From the NCBI RefSeq assembly GCF_963921235.1, contig NC_086097.1, forward strand, positions 175,958,001 through 176,022,000: 64,000 nt of DNA, read 5' to 3'. The position numbers were made by a program, and so were the translations under genes. This DNA comes from Mobula hypostoma (taxonomy: Eukaryota). Numbering within the stretch: the stretch's first letter is position 1; each line of letters opens with the position of its first letter. Shown here piece after piece: positions 35,346 through 49,301 of this stretch. Below the pieces are notes generated by a model. The model made no database searches, was not told where the DNA came from, and saw only the letters and a program-made list of their open reading frames with translations.

Positions 35346-36517
35346 TAAAACAAATCTAATGGTTGGACTATATATGGTGACACATGTACTTTGATAATAA
35401 ATTCACTTTGAATTTGTTAAAAAATGTCTTGCACTGTATTGTCACAAAAGGACAAATTTCACAACATCTGTCAGCGATAATAAACTTGATTCTGGTTATA
35501 GAAGTTCTCTGGAGCAGGTATTACATCAAGGAACTCCTACACCAGGTTAGGTACTAACCAGAGTCTTTCTCCCAGGATAGACACATTGAATACAATCAAG
35601 GTGGCACGAGTTTTACTTTAAAAGTGTGGGACAAGATTTTTTTTTTAATAGAGAAATTGGTAGATGGCTGCCCTACATTGCCAGAAGTGAAAATGGGAAT
35701 GGTGTATTCTCATTTTATCATATATTTAACAATGAATTGTTGAAGATTACAAAAGTATTATTTAATGTAATAATTGGAATTGGTTTACTATTGTCACGTG
35801 TACAGAGATACTGAAAAGCTTGCCTTGCAGACAGTTCATAAATCAATTCATTACAGTGCATTGAGGTAGAACAAGGCGAAACTATAACAACACACAATAA
35901 AGTGTAATAACTATAGAGAACGTGCAGTGCAGAGAGACAATAAACTGCAAGGCCATGACGAGAGACTGAGGTCAATAGCTCCATTCAGCATTGCCTCAAG
36001 CATTCAGAAAATGTTTCTGCAAACAAATAAAAGTTTCTCTGTAATGCAAGAGCAACAAAAATTGGGGATATGTGATGGGAATGCGGAAATGAGTTTGTAT
36101 GTTCTCCCCATGAACACATGGGTCTCTTCTGGGTGCTCCCATTCCCTCCCACAGTCCAAAGGCACGCCAGTTGGTAGGGTAACTGGCCATTGTAAATTGT
36201 CCTGTGATTAAGCTAGGATTAAATCAGGGATCGCAGGGTGGTGGGGCTGCAAGGGCCTATTCCATGCTGTATCTCAATAAATAAATGATAAATCTGGCTT
36301 TGGAGAAGTTTGCAGAGAAAAGAGCATGAAGTTTTGAAATTAAGGATGAGAATTTTAAAATCCAGGTGTTTCTGGACCAGAAGTCAGTGTAACTAGCAAG
36401 CACAAGGCTACTTGGTGTTTATAGTGTAAATGGTTAACAACGTGATAGGTCACAGTATTCACTCTAAATAAGTAGCTAATACCATGTTGCTTAAAATAAT
36501 ATAAAGTTCCAAAGTAC

Positions 36518-36811
36518 CTCATTGATGTAGGAGTCCATGAAGCCCAAAAGGGCACCTTCAGACATCGTTTCAATCCTGCCATTATGCATCGCACCCGCAT
36601 TCATATTTGGATCCATGTTGGAATAGTAATAATCTCCTCTTTGATGCATTGCAGCATTGTCCATGTAATTGATAGGCGGCACTTCTCTGGACATCACGTT
36701 TAGAGGAAGCAGTACCGTGGCACCATCTCCTCTTTCCCTCCCATCCATCTCACTCATGCAAACTCCTGCTGCTGCAGTACTGGGTTCATTGACTGGAAGC
36801 AATGGCATGTG
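36518..36811 (-). CDS. dsg2: Desmoglein exon ~14 (cytoplasmic): HMPLLPVNE...MSEMDGR...FMDSYINE
   Basis: ttttcctcccaaacag| acceptor, GAG|gtactt donor, 294 nt, phase 0 to 0; MSEMDGR as I recall it in human DSG2. Confidence 0.88.
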
Positions 36812-38873
36812 CTGTTTGGGAGGAAAAGCACCAGTCAGTGACCATCCTGGCAAATCCATTCAGCTCCCTGCTCTACATTGCGCCAAGTACATACTTGCTG
36901 AGTGGTGAGAGCATCCAGGTCTGAATGCAGAGAACTGGATGAGCTCACCCACAACATCCAAGACAGAGTGGAGACCTCAGCTGACAGATCCCTGGTGCTG
37001 TGCCCTGATGGCCTCAAGTCTCACTACCAACATTGTGGAGGTACAGGATTCTGAAGTCCTACACTCAACGATTCAGGAACAGCTTCTCCTCCACCACCAG
37101 ATTTCTGAATGACCCGTGAACACCATCTCATTATTCCTCTTTTATTTTTTGCGCTGTTTAATAATTTATAGTCATTTTTATGTTTTTGCACTGTACTGCT
37201 GCAACAAAACAAGTTTTCATGACATGCCAATAATAATAAACCTGATTCTGATAGTTATTTCTGATATTCATGGTCTATTATAGACTTATGAAAAATAATT
37301 GCTATTGATAAAATACAATGAAATATTAGAGTCACAAAATAACTCCAAGATGCCAAATTCCATGCCAAATGAACAGGTTTGCCACCAGTGCACTTCAAAG
37401 TCCTCACTATCAGAAGAACATTAGAGAATCCGAGAAGATGTCAAAACAAACTTGTAGTTTTAACTTGCGTCTGATGAAGGACCAGGGATATTAACCATTT
37501 TTCTCTCTGCAGATACTGCCTGAGTGTTTTTAGCATTCTCTGTTTAGATTTCCAGCACCAGTACTTTTTATTTTGGATACTTTTTCATTTATTATTTTAT
37601 ACACACCATGACTGACACTAGCTTTCTTTTTAAAGTTTCAGGTTTAATCAATCATTAGAATGTAAAATTGTCAGGTGGGATTTGCATCAGTGTCTTCCTT
37701 CCTTTCTCACTAATCTTCTTGGACCTTTTGATCCCTGTATTCCCTCAATTCTAATGTTATGCTTCCAGAATACTGGCTGCCTTTCCAGTAACTTTAAAAC
37801 CATCATGAAAAATCAAAATATGCTCAGTCTTTTTCAGAAATGGTATTGAGAACTTCAAGATCTTAAGATTCAGGAACATGCAGAGGCTTGGTTGAAGTGG
37901 TGGATGAATCTACACCATCTCACAAACTCTTGTTCCTGTCTGTGGAATAGTCTGCAATTCTGATATTAACCATCTCAGAGTCCACAGAAATAGAATGGAA
38001 GCAAGTTATCCTAGATCCTTAGGGAAATGTCTATGAAGACTGTACTGATTAATACCAGTACTTTAGAACATACACAGGAACAGGTCATTCAACCCATGAT
38101 GTCTGTGTGGAGCATTTATGCCAAATTAAACTAATCCATTCTGCCTGCACATAGTCTATATCCCTCCATTTTCTGCACATTCAGGGTGTCCATCTTAAAA
38201 GACTTTGAATACCGTTATTGTGTCTGATTCCAGCACCACCCCTGTCTGCCTATTCCAGGCACCCACCACTTCAAAATAACTTGTTCTGCACATCTCCCTC
38301 AAACTTTCTCACCTTAAATGCACGTCCTCTAGTATTTGATGTTTCTACCAAGGGAAAAAGATACTGACTGTCTACCTGCACCTCTCATAGTTTTATAAAC
38401 TTCTATCAGGTCTCCTCTCAGCCGCTGATGTTCTAGAGAAAACAATCAAGTTTGGCCAACTGCTTTTTCTAGCTTATATGCACTAATCCTGGCAAATCTC
38501 TTCCGCACTCTTTCCACATCCTTCCTACAATGAGGCGACCAGAATTGCATGCAATACTCCAAGTGTGGCTTAACCAAAGTTTTAGACCCGAGACATGAGA
38601 TTCTGCAGCTGCTGGAAATATGGAGTAACACAAAATGTTGGAGGAACTCAGCAGATGAGGCAGCACCCATGGAAGGAAGTAACAAAATGAGACTCTTTCT
38701 GATAAAGGTTCTATCAGAATCGTCAACTGTTGTTTTCTCTCCATACATGCTGCCTGACCTGCCAAGTTCCTCCAGAATTCTGTGAGATGTGCTGAAGTTT
38801 TATACTTCCTATTTTATTTAAAATGGTTTGACTAATGACATACAAATACAAAACATAGTTAATAAATACAGAC

Positions 38874-39010
38874 CGTGTCCTTCTCTCCTCCGCCCTCGAT
38901 GTTCTTTTGTTCCACAGTTCCAAATGGTTCAACAGGTATTTGTCTGAAACCACCAGCTCCACCTATTCCTCCAAAACCAGAGTTGCAAAACAGTAACAGC
39001 AGAGGTACAA
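38874..39010 (-). CDS. dsg2: Desmoglein exon ~13 (end of TM, juxtamembrane): LVPLLLLFCNSGFGGIGGAGGFRQIPVEPFGTVEQKNIEGGGEKDT
   Basis: Correct frame not in ORF track; read manually. ccttag| acceptor, ACG|gtctgt donor (weak), 137 nt, phase 1 to 0. Confidence 0.9.
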
Positions 39011-39204
39011 CTAAGGATAAACAAGTTGTTCAGGGTTAGTTATGAAATTTCATAAATTGCATACAATTTCAGCTGCTGAAGCAGATAGAACAGAGAATAA
39101 AGAACACAGAACAGTACAACACTGGACAGGCACTAGCTCACAGTGTTGTACTCATCTTGATGCCAATTTATAATAAATGCCCCCTTTCTATACACACACG
39201 TAAC

Positions 39205-42200
39205 AGGACCACAAGGCATAGGAGCAGAATTAGGCCACTCGATCCGTCAAGTATGGTCCACTATTCCATCATGGCTGATTTATTATCCTTCTCGGCCTCA
39301 TTGTTTTGTCTTCTCCCATAACTGTTGAGGTCCTGACTAACCAAGAACCTATCAACCTCTGCTTTAAATATACTCAGTTACCTGACCTCCATAGGTGCCC
39401 GTGGCAACGAGTTCCATAGATTCACTACACCCTGGCTCAAGAAATTCCTTCTCATCTCTGTTCTAAATAGATGTCCCTCTATTCTGAGGCTGTGCCCTCT
39501 AGTCCTAAACTCATGCACTATAGGAAACATCCTCTTCTCATCCATTCTATCTAGATCTTTCAATATTCCATAGGTTTCAATGAGATCTGCCCCCCACCCC
39601 CATTTTTCTCAACTCCAGTGAGAACAGGCCTAGAGCCAAACACTCCTCATACGTTTACCATTTCATTCCCAGAATCATTTGTGAACTTCCTCTGGACCTT
39701 CTCTACCACCAGCACATCTTTTCTTAGATAAGGGGCCCAAACCTGCTCAGAATACTCCAAGTGCAGTCTGACCAGTGCCTCAAAGACTCAGCATCACATT
39801 GCTGCTCTTGTACTGTAATCCTCCCAGTCCTTACCACCAATTCAACCCGCAAGTTACCCTTTAGGGAATCCTGCACATGGACTCCCAAGTCCCTTTGTAC
39901 TATCGATTTTCGAATTTTCTCCCCATTTAGAAAATAGTCCACATCTCTTCCTTCTACCAAAGTTCATGACCATACACTTCACCACAGAACATTCCATCAG
40001 CCACATCTTTGCCCATTCTCTCAATCTTCCAAGGCCTTCTGCAGACTCCCTGCTTCCTCAACACCACCTGCCATTCCACCTGTCTTCGTATTGTCTGCAA
40101 GCTTGGCCATAAAGCCATCAATTCTATGATCCAAATGATTCACATATAACGTGAAAAGAAGCGATCTCAATACTGACCCCTGTGGAATACCACTAATCAC
40201 CAGCAGCCAACCAGAAAAAGCTTCCTTTCTCCCCCCACACTGCCTCCTGCCAGTCAGCCAATCTTCTATCTATGCTAATATATTTCCTATAATACCATGG
40301 GCTTTTATCTTGTTAAGCAGCCTTATGAGCAGAAGACTTCTGAACATCCAAATAAACAACATTCACTGACTCTCCTTTGTCTAACCTGCTGGTTATTTCC
40401 TCAAAGAATTCCAACAGATTTGCCAAACAAGATTTCCTCTTAAGGAAGCCATGCTGAATTGCTTTAACATGTGCCTCCAAGTACCCGGAAAATGTCTCCT
40501 TAATAATGGACTCCAACATCTTCCCACACTGAGGTCAGTCTAACTGGCCTAGGATTTCCCTTCTTCTGTCTCTCTCCCTTCTTGAAGAGAAGAGTGACAT
40601 TTACAGTTTTCCAGTCTGCTGAAGCCATTCTAAATCTAGTGATTGAAAGATTATTACTAATGCCTCCACAATCTCTTCAAGCTACCTCTTTCAGAGCCCT
40701 AGGGTATAATTCATCTGGTCCAGGTGACCAATCTACCTTCAGACCTTTCAGCTTCCCAACCACCTTCTCCTTAGTCATAGCAATTACGGTCTCTTCTGCC
40801 CACTGACTCTTGAACTTCCAGTGTTGTCCACAATGAAGACTGCAACAAAATAGTCAAGTTCGTCTGCCCTCTGCGTCTGTCATTGCTACCTCTCCAGCAT
40901 CATTTTCCAGCTGTCTGATATCCATTCTCACCGCTCTTTTATTGGAAAATTCTTTTGGTATCCTCTTCTATATTATTGGCTAGCTTACCGTCAAACTTCA
41001 TCTTTTCCCTCATGTTTTTTCTTTAAGTTGCTTTTTGGTGGTTTTTAAAAACATCCTAATGCTCTAACTTGCCACCATTTTTTGCTATATTATATGTCCC
41101 CTCTTTTGCTTTTCTGCTAACTTCCACTTCCCATGTCAGCCACAGTTGCCATATCCTTCCTTAGAATGCTGCTGCTTCTTTGGGATGAATTAATTCTGCA
41201 TCTTCTGAATTGCTCCTAGAAGCTGCAGCCAGTGCTGCTGTAACTCATCCACCTAGTTTGTCTTGCAATCAACTTTGGCCGGCTCCTCTCTCTCATGCCT
41301 CTGTAGCTCCTTTTACTCCACTGTAATACTGATATATCTGATGAACTTCTCAAATTGCAGGGTGAATTTTATCACATGATCACAGTCTCCTAAGAGTTCC
41401 TTTACCTTAAGTTCTCTAATCAAATCAGGTCCATTACACAACACCCAATCCAGAATTGCATTTCCCTTATGCGCTCAATGACAAGCTGCTCCAAAAAGTC
41501 ATCATTAGCATTCTCCTTGGATCCAGTGCTGATTTCCCCCCAATCTACCTGCATATTGAAATCCTCCACATTCATCATAACGTTGCCCTTACTACATTCC
41601 TTTATTTCCCATTTAAACTTATATCCCACAACTTGGCTGCTGTTTAGGGCTTGTCTACAACTCTCATCAGTCTTTTTACCCTTGCAGTTTATTAATTCTA
41701 CCAACAAGGATTCTACATCATCTGATTCCATGCCATTTCTTTCCAAGGGTTTGATTTCATTTTTTTTAAATAACAGAGCCACACCATCCTTTCTGCCCAC
41801 TTGCCTGTCCTTTTGATACAAGGTGCATCCTTGGATGTTAACCTTCCAAATATGATTTTCTTTCAGCCACGACCCAGTAATGCCAACATCATACCTGCCA
41901 ATCTGGAACTGCACTACAAGATCACGTACCTTATTCAGCCCTGTATTCATCACCCTTTATGATTTTGCCCCCGTGTTACAGTTCAGCTCAAGTTTGCCCT
42001 GACATCTGCCTGTCCTTCCTCAGTCTCACAATGCACTGTACCAACTTGTATCCCACCTGCCACATCCCATTCCTCTGCCAACTTAGTTTAAACCCTCCCC
42101 AACAGCTCTAGCAAACTTGTCCACAAAGATATTAGTGCCCCTAGGGTTCAGGTGTAACCTGTCCTTTTTGCACAGGTCATACCTTCTCCAGAGAGATCCC

Positions 42201-42680
42201 AGTGGTTTAGAGGAATCTGAAACTGTTCCCCCTGCACCACTCCCTCAGCCACTTATTCATTTGCACTATCATCCTATTCCTGCACTGACTAGCACATTGT
42301 ACTGAGAGTAATCCTGAGATTACTACCTTGAAAATCCTGCTCTTCAACCTCTTCCCTAACTCCCTATACTCACTACACAGGACTTTCTCCCCTTTTCCAC
42401 CCATGTCATTGGTACTAATCTGCACCACAGCCTCTGGCTGCTCACCCTCCCTCTCGAGAATATTCTGCAAATGCTCTGAGATGTCCCGGACCTTAGAAAC
42501 CAGAATGGTGTGTTGTCTCCCAGGTGCTCTTTTGCAGCCACAGAACCTGCTGCCTGTCCACCCCCCAACTATCCAGTCTTCTCACACTATCGCTCTGCCT
42601 GACTTTACCTTTCCTTGCTGAGCCTCAGAGCTGGCCACAGTGCCACTAGTCTGGTGGTGTTTGGATACTGTTGCAGAGGT
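39205..42680 (-). mobile_element. Near full-length degenerate CR1 with ORF1 (SGNH esterase-like) and ORF2 (endonuclease and RT)
   Basis: 42207-42470 EQPEAVVQISTNDM...VVISGLL...NKWLREWCR; 41420-41953 YDVGITGSWL...[14 protein letters not shown]. Confidence 0.85.
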
Positions 42681-43029
42681 GACCCAAGTGTATACTTGTA
42701 GCTAAGTGGAATGGCATATTACCATCGTGGCATATGGCAATACACAGACACATATATACAGGCACATACAGTACTGTGCTGAAGTCCTAGGCACCCTAGA
42801 TATTTTATATGGCTTTCATAGAATACTGATCTCGATATCGAAGCTGTCTGCGATTACCTGGAGAGATAGAAGCAAGCAAGACAGTCAAGGTCTGCAGAAG
42901 AACTGCAGCAAGTTCTCCAAGATAGTTGAACAAGCTACCAGTTGATTTTCATCTAAAACTGCAAGACCGAGTACTAAGAGAATTGATGCAGTTTCAAAGG
43001 CAAAAGGTTTTCACCCCAAAACATGCTTG

Positions 43030-44380
43030 GGATGCTGAAAGGTCTGAAGGTAAATAAATCACTAGATGGACTACACCCAGTGTTCTGAAAGAGATAGCTG
43101 AAGAGATTGTGGAGGCATTAGTAATGATCTTTCAGGCATTAATAGATTCTGGAATTGTTGAAATGTCACTCCAATTCTCAAAAAGGGAGGGAGACAGTAG
43201 AAACAAAATTACAGGCCAGTTAACCTGACTCAGTGATTGGTATGATGTTGGAGTCTACTATTACGGTTGTGTTTTCAGGATACTTGGAGGCACATGATGA
43301 AATAGATCAAAGTCAGTATGTTTTCCTTAAGGGGAAAACTTGCCTGACAAATCTGTTGGAATTCTTGGAGGAAATAACAGGCGGGATGGACAAAGGAGAG
43401 TCAATGGACATGGTTTATTTAGATCTTGTCAATGACTTGGATGATGGAATTGTGGACAAGCTTGCCGATGGTATGACACTAAGCTGAGAGGCGGTTGGTT
43501 TTGAGGAATCAGGGAGTCTACAGAAGGACTTAGACAGATTGGGAGAAAGGACAAAGTAGTATCAGATGGAATATATTGTAGAGAAGTGTGTGGTCATGCA
43601 TTTTGGTAGAAGGACTAAAGACCTAGATTATTTTCTAAGTGGTGAGAAAATTCAACAGAGTGCAAGGGGACTGGAGTCCTAGTGCAGAATTCCCCAAACG
43701 TTGACGTGCATGGTTAGTCAGTGGCAAGGAGAGCAAATGCAATTGTAGCGTTCATTTCGAGAGAACTAGAATACAAAAACAAGGATGTAATGCTGAAGTT
43801 TTACAAGGCATTAGTTAGACTGCACTTGGAGCATTAGAGTAGTTTTGGTCCCTTATGTAAGAAAAGAAATGCTGGCATTGGAGAGGGTCCAGAGGAGGTT
43901 CATGATAATAATTTCAGGAATGAATGGGTTAATGTATGAGGAGAGTTTTATGGCTCTGGACTTTCACTGGAATCTAGAAGAATGGGTGGGGGAAATCTCA
44001 TTGAAACATATTTAATACTGAAAGGCCTAGATGGGGAGAGGATGTTTTGCATAGTGGGGGAGTCTAGTACCAGAGTCACAGCCTCAGAATAGAAAGACAT
44101 GCATTTAGAACAGAGTTAAGGAAGAATTTCTTTAGCCAGAATCTGTGGTGAATCTGTGGAATTCATTGCTTCAGATGGCTGTGTCATTGCTTCAGGAGGT
44201 CAAGTCATTGGGTACATTTAAAACAGATCGATAGATTCTTGATTAGTCTGGGCATCAAAGGTTACAGGGAGAAGGTAGGAGAATAGGGTTGAGAGGGTTA
44301 ATAAATCAGTCATGATGGAATGGCAGAGCAGACTTGATGGGCTGAATAGTCTAATTTTTCTCCATATCTTATGATCTATT
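43030..44380 (+). mobile_element. Degenerate CR1 ORF2 with internal deletions
   Basis: [14 protein letters not shown]...VYLD; CR1 3' UTR. Confidence 0.8.
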
Positions 44381-44666
44381 GTCCAAGTATTGTATTCAAA
44401 CCAGTCTCAATCACTTCCTCTGACAGTCCATTCAATATACAGACAACCTTCTGCATGAAGAAGTTTCTCCTCTGATCCCTGTTAAATCTTTCCCCTCTGA
44501 CCAGAAACCTACACTCTCTAGTTCTTTACTTCCCAGTCCTGAGAAAAAGACAATGCACCCACACTATGCCCTTCATGATTTTACACACCACTCCTCCATC
44601 TCCTGTGCTCTAGGGAATAAAGTCCTAGCCTGTTCAAGCTCTATCTTCTGAAACAGTTGAACTTAC

Positions 44667-44903
44667 GTAGCAACAGCAAGGCCCCAAAAGCCATGAGCCC
44701 GATGGCGGCTGCACCCAAGTGGGCATTGTTGCCTCTGATAGCATTCGCCTTTTCGGAGCAGGAGGGTGAGTTGTTGGTGCACTCGACGACATGAACCTCT
44801 ACGTCCTGGACCTTTCCAGACCCTTGGTGGTCCTCTACCTTCAAAGGCACTGTGAATGTTCCTGGCCACAGCTCCTGCCGAGGCTGCAGTTCAACGCTGG
44901 TGT
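44667..44903 (-). CDS. dsg2: Desmoglein exon ~12 (extracellular anchor and start of TM): DTSVELQP...LGAAAIGLMAFGALLLL
   Basis: ccatag| acceptor, C|gtaagt donor, 237 nt, phase 1 to 1; TM start resembles DSG2 LGPAAIALM. Confidence 0.93.
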
Positions 44904-46851
44904 CTATGGGAGACGAAGACAGTAAAACAAAGGTGTTACATTTTATTTTAGTGAAGGCACTTTGCTGGGACTGTTTTCTCTGAAATGCTGAGACGATTGG
45001 CCATTTTCCCTGGAGTGTAAGAGACAGTAGGTGCTCTTATTGAGGCTTATAAAATTATGAGGGGCATAGGCAAGATGAATAGACATGGTCTTTCTCTCCC
45101 TGCCCCCCAGGGTAGGGAAATCTAAAATTAGAGAGTTTAAAGTGAAACAAAGGGTTTGAAGTGGTTTCCTCCACTCAGATCAATATTTGGAACAAGCTGC
45201 CACAGGAAGGGTAGAGGTCCATGCAATTATGCAAGTTAAAAGGACACGTATAGACCCCTGGATAGGAAAGTGGCCTGGGTGAACCATCTGACCTGGTCCA
45301 GGGGCATAGATACTGACCCAGACCAGGGGATGTGCAGAGGGACTTAAAGGGATCTGAATAAAGATGGCAGAGACAATTATTGCAGGAAAACTATTAATGC
45401 CATGGAAGAAGTTACCTCTGCACAGAGCCATCAGTTAACTGAGGTTCCCAGTATATAGTTGAAGTCAAATGCTGTAAATTTAAAAGGCTGGCCAAAGGAT
45501 ATTGTGTGTATTTGGGTTTTTAGTGGGTTTCCCTGTGTGGTAAGTGGATGCTATTCATCAGTGTGAGAAATAGGTTTGTTACAGATACATTCTCAAAAAG
45601 AGAATTATAGCACAAATCCACAACAGAAGTACAGAAACAAATTAGAAGCAGGAGTAGGCCACTCAGCCCCTCAAACCTGTCCCATCATTCAATACGATTT
45701 GGCCAGAACTAACCCAGACTCCTGTGCCAACTCCTCAGATCCCCAATTTTTCCTATCTTCTCAATTATTATCTACCACCTTAAATATATCCAATGATCCA
45801 CTAGCCTCGGGAGGTGAGGGATGGGGTGAGGGTGGTAAGTGAATTTCAGAGGGTCGCCACCTTTATAAAGAAGGGATTTCTGTGTACCTCACTTTAAGTG
45901 ACCAGCTCTATATTTTGTAGCTAGTTCCCCGTATGTGACCTTCCAGCAACTCGTTGAGTGGGGTGGGGAGGGTGGGTGGAAATGGGGGCACCAGCATTCA
46001 GGAACATTCTTTTGCCAGTCCAATATCTGGCCTGGCCTGTAGATGTACCACATCTGCATTGTTGGCCTTCGAGTGAGGAGCGGAGACACAAGACTCCGCC
46101 CTGTGCTCCAATACCCCACATCCCTGCACCCTGCACATAAACAATAACCTGACAACGAACTCCACCCCCCGTCCCCAAAGCCAATCCCAAAAACTTCCTC
46201 CCAAAATAAGAAAACTAAAAGTGAAACTCAAACAGAAGCTTGACCTCAACAAGTCACATGGTCACATTGTTAAGTTGCATGAACAAGTTGGGCAAAAGAT
46301 GGTTCTATAGTTCTTTGATTCCACAGAAACCCTTAAAAGCATTCCAAAGGACTTCCCCCAAGCCAATTCCTGGAATGGGTGGAGTCTCCCATCAAGAGAC
46401 GTGTTTTAGTGTGTTTTTATTTTGTGAGGTTCAGGAAAATGAGGAATGACCTACAAGATTCTATGAGGGTTTGACTAGGTTAGGTTAGTGTTAAGATGCA
46501 GGGATGTGGGGTGATCCACATGTGGGATGTGTGATGTCACTTTCAGGGAACTATGTACCTGTGCTCTTAGATCCCACTGCTCTATGACACTCCCCAGGGT
46601 CTATCATTCACTTTGAATGTCCTAGCCTGATCTGACGTCACAAATTAGAACAATTCTCATTTACCTGGTTTGAGCACCATTTGCATTCCTCAGCCCATTT
46701 ACTCAGCCAATCGAGAACCCCCATGTAATTTTTTTTTTTTTTTTTAAAAAAAGGGACCAAGACTGCACAGTATTCCAGGTGTAACCTCATTATCACCCAG
46801 AATACTTGTAAACTGAGGACCAATTCCAACTAGCTATGAAATAATTCTTAC

Positions 46852-47076
46852 CATCTTTGCGTAAAATCTTCCATTTATCAGCAACCTCAGGTACATCATC
46901 GAACTTAAAGGTAAAGGGAGCACCATTTGGATAGGAGTCCAGGTCTTCTGCAGTGACAATCAATGATTTGGCTGTGTCACACATGCAGGGCTGTAGGTTT
47001 TTAATGATGGGGATGTTATCGTTTTCGTCATCTACCTCAATAACCACTGTCCCAGTGGAGGTCTTCGGTTTGGGGC
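46852..47076 (-). CDS. dsg2: Desmoglein exon ~11: GPKPKTSTGTVVIEVDDENDNIP...AEDLDSYPNGAPF...KWKILRKD
   Basis: tcacag| acceptor, G|gtaaga donor, 225 nt, phase 1 to 1. Confidence 0.94.
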
Positions 47077-48223
47077 CTGTGAGACAGAAAAGAAAGAAAT
47101 TTTAATTAACAATCTGTAGATATGCTGAAGTATAGAGTCATACAGCATGGAAACAACCCCCTCAGCCTAACCTGTCTGTGTCGACAAAGATACCTACCTG
47201 AACTAGTCCCATATCTCTCCAAATCTTTCACATGTACATATCTAAATGTCTTTTACACTTTGTAATTATACCCTTCCACAGGCAACTCATACCACACACC
47301 CAGCACCCTCTGTGAAAAACTTCCTCTTCAGATACCCTTTAAATCTTTCTCCTCTTATTTTAAACCTACCCCCCACCCCAGTTCTTGATCCCCTAGTCCT
47401 GGTGGAAACAGACCGTGTGCATTTACTCTCATGTCCTTCATCTTATACACTTCCATAAGATCGTATCTCGGTTTTCTACCCTCCAGGGAAAACAGTCCCA
47501 GCCTTCCAGTCTCTCCACATAACTCAAGTCCTCCAGTCCCGGTAACGTCCTTGTGGAACCTTTCTGCAGCCTCCCTCGTTTAATCACATCTTTACTGTGA
47601 TTAAGTTAAGAGGATGTAGAGGGTACAGTATGGTGACCAGAATTACATACAATATTCAGTGTAGTCTCACCAATGTCCTTTATAAGTGTCACAGGATGTC
47701 CCGACTTATGCACTCAACGCCCCTCCTAATGAAGACAACCATGCCATATGCTTGCTTCACCACTTTGTCGATGCACATCACCATGTTTTGGGAAATAGGT
47801 ATGCGGATCCCCTCTTCTACAACATTTCCCAGGGTTCTGTTAGCTACTGTGCAAGTCCTGCTAAACTTCCCAAATTGCATCACTTGCCCGAGTTAAATTG
47901 CATTTACCATTCCTTTGCCCACTTTCTCAGTTGACCTTGAGTTTCCAGTTGACATGGGCATCATGGAGTTAAATCAGCAGAGAAACAGGACCTTTGATTC
48001 ATCATAGCCAAGCTGACCATTATCAATACTGCTTATATTTACCTACCTTCAGTTCTTCTAGGCATTGGCAATTCAATTACTAGTTAAAGGTTCTGATGTT
48101 CTACAGACTAGATACTTTTTAAAATGTCTTGGAAGTACCTGATCCACCACCTCAACCTTCCTAGCAGGAAACCTTGGGAGAGCATCAGTAAATGACACTG
48201 AACATATATCACCAGTCACTCAC

Positions 48224-48369
48224 CATTGTTACTTATGGCCAATACTGTTGCTGTGTACTTCCCATCGACTATATGCTCAGCTTCACGATCGGGCACCTTA
48301 GCAAGTGTTATTTCTGACGTTTCGGGGTTGATGTTGAAGAAGTTGGCTGGGTCGAAACCCTTTGCATAC
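48224..48369 (-). CDS. dsg2: Desmoglein exon ~10 (EC4): RYAKGFDPANFFNINPETSEITLAKVPDRE...LAISNN
   Basis: ctgtag| acceptor, G|gtgagt donor, 146 nt, phase 2 to 1. Confidence 0.94.
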
Positions 48370-48426
48370 CTACAGGAAAAGGCACCATTGATTTTTCTTT
48401 CTGTGACTGGGATCTTGCGAGTGCAT

Positions 48427-48428
<2 letters not shown>

Positions 48429-48474
<46 letters not shown>
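48429..48474. repeat. (AC)23 microsatellite
   Basis: Perfect dinucleotide run. Confidence 0.97.
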
Positions 48475-48477
<3 letters not shown>

Positions 48478-49301
48478 ATTGCCACAAGTGCACTCACACC
48501 ACCAGTAGATAACAGCTCAGCACATCACAGAAAACCAGCCTCCCTTCCATGGACTCTGTCTATACTCCTCGCTGCCTCAGTAAAACACCTAACATAAAGA
48601 CCCTGCCCAGCACAGACATCCTCTCTTTTCCTCCCTCCCATTGGACAGGAGATACAAAATCCTGGAAGGGATGTATAACCAGGCTCAAGAACAGCTTCTG
48701 TCAGCTCGTACAAGACTATTGAACCCTCCTCTAGAATGATAAAATGGACTCAACTTCAATCTATATTGTCATGGCCACTGCATCTCAGTGTCTGCCTGCA
48801 CTATACTTTCTCTGTAACTAACACATCATTCTGCATTCAATTATTACTTTTCCCCTGTATTACCTCAATGCACCTTTGTAATGAAATGATTGGTATGGAT
48901 AGCATGCAAAACAGTTTCACTCTGCTTGGTAGATGCGTGAATAATCTAAGGAGAGATATTTTCACAGAGGGTGTTGTGAGTGAGGAGCGAGCTTCCAACT
49001 GAAGTGGTTGATTGCAGGCTCAATTAGAACATTTAAGAGAAATTTGGATAGGTACATAGACAAGAGGGGTATGGAGGGCTATGGTTCAGGTGTAAATAGT
49101 TGAGACTAGGCAGGCCAGGCCAATGTAAACTAGATGGGCTGAAGGGCCTGTTCTTGTGCTGTAGTGCTCTATGACTATGTGATAATAATAAACCAATTTT
49201 CCCTTGACACACACAGGTGTAAACACACAAGCAACGCTTTCAAGCACACCAGCCACACAGGGACACCACATCACAGGTTATGACGGGCAGGAACCCTTTA
49301 C

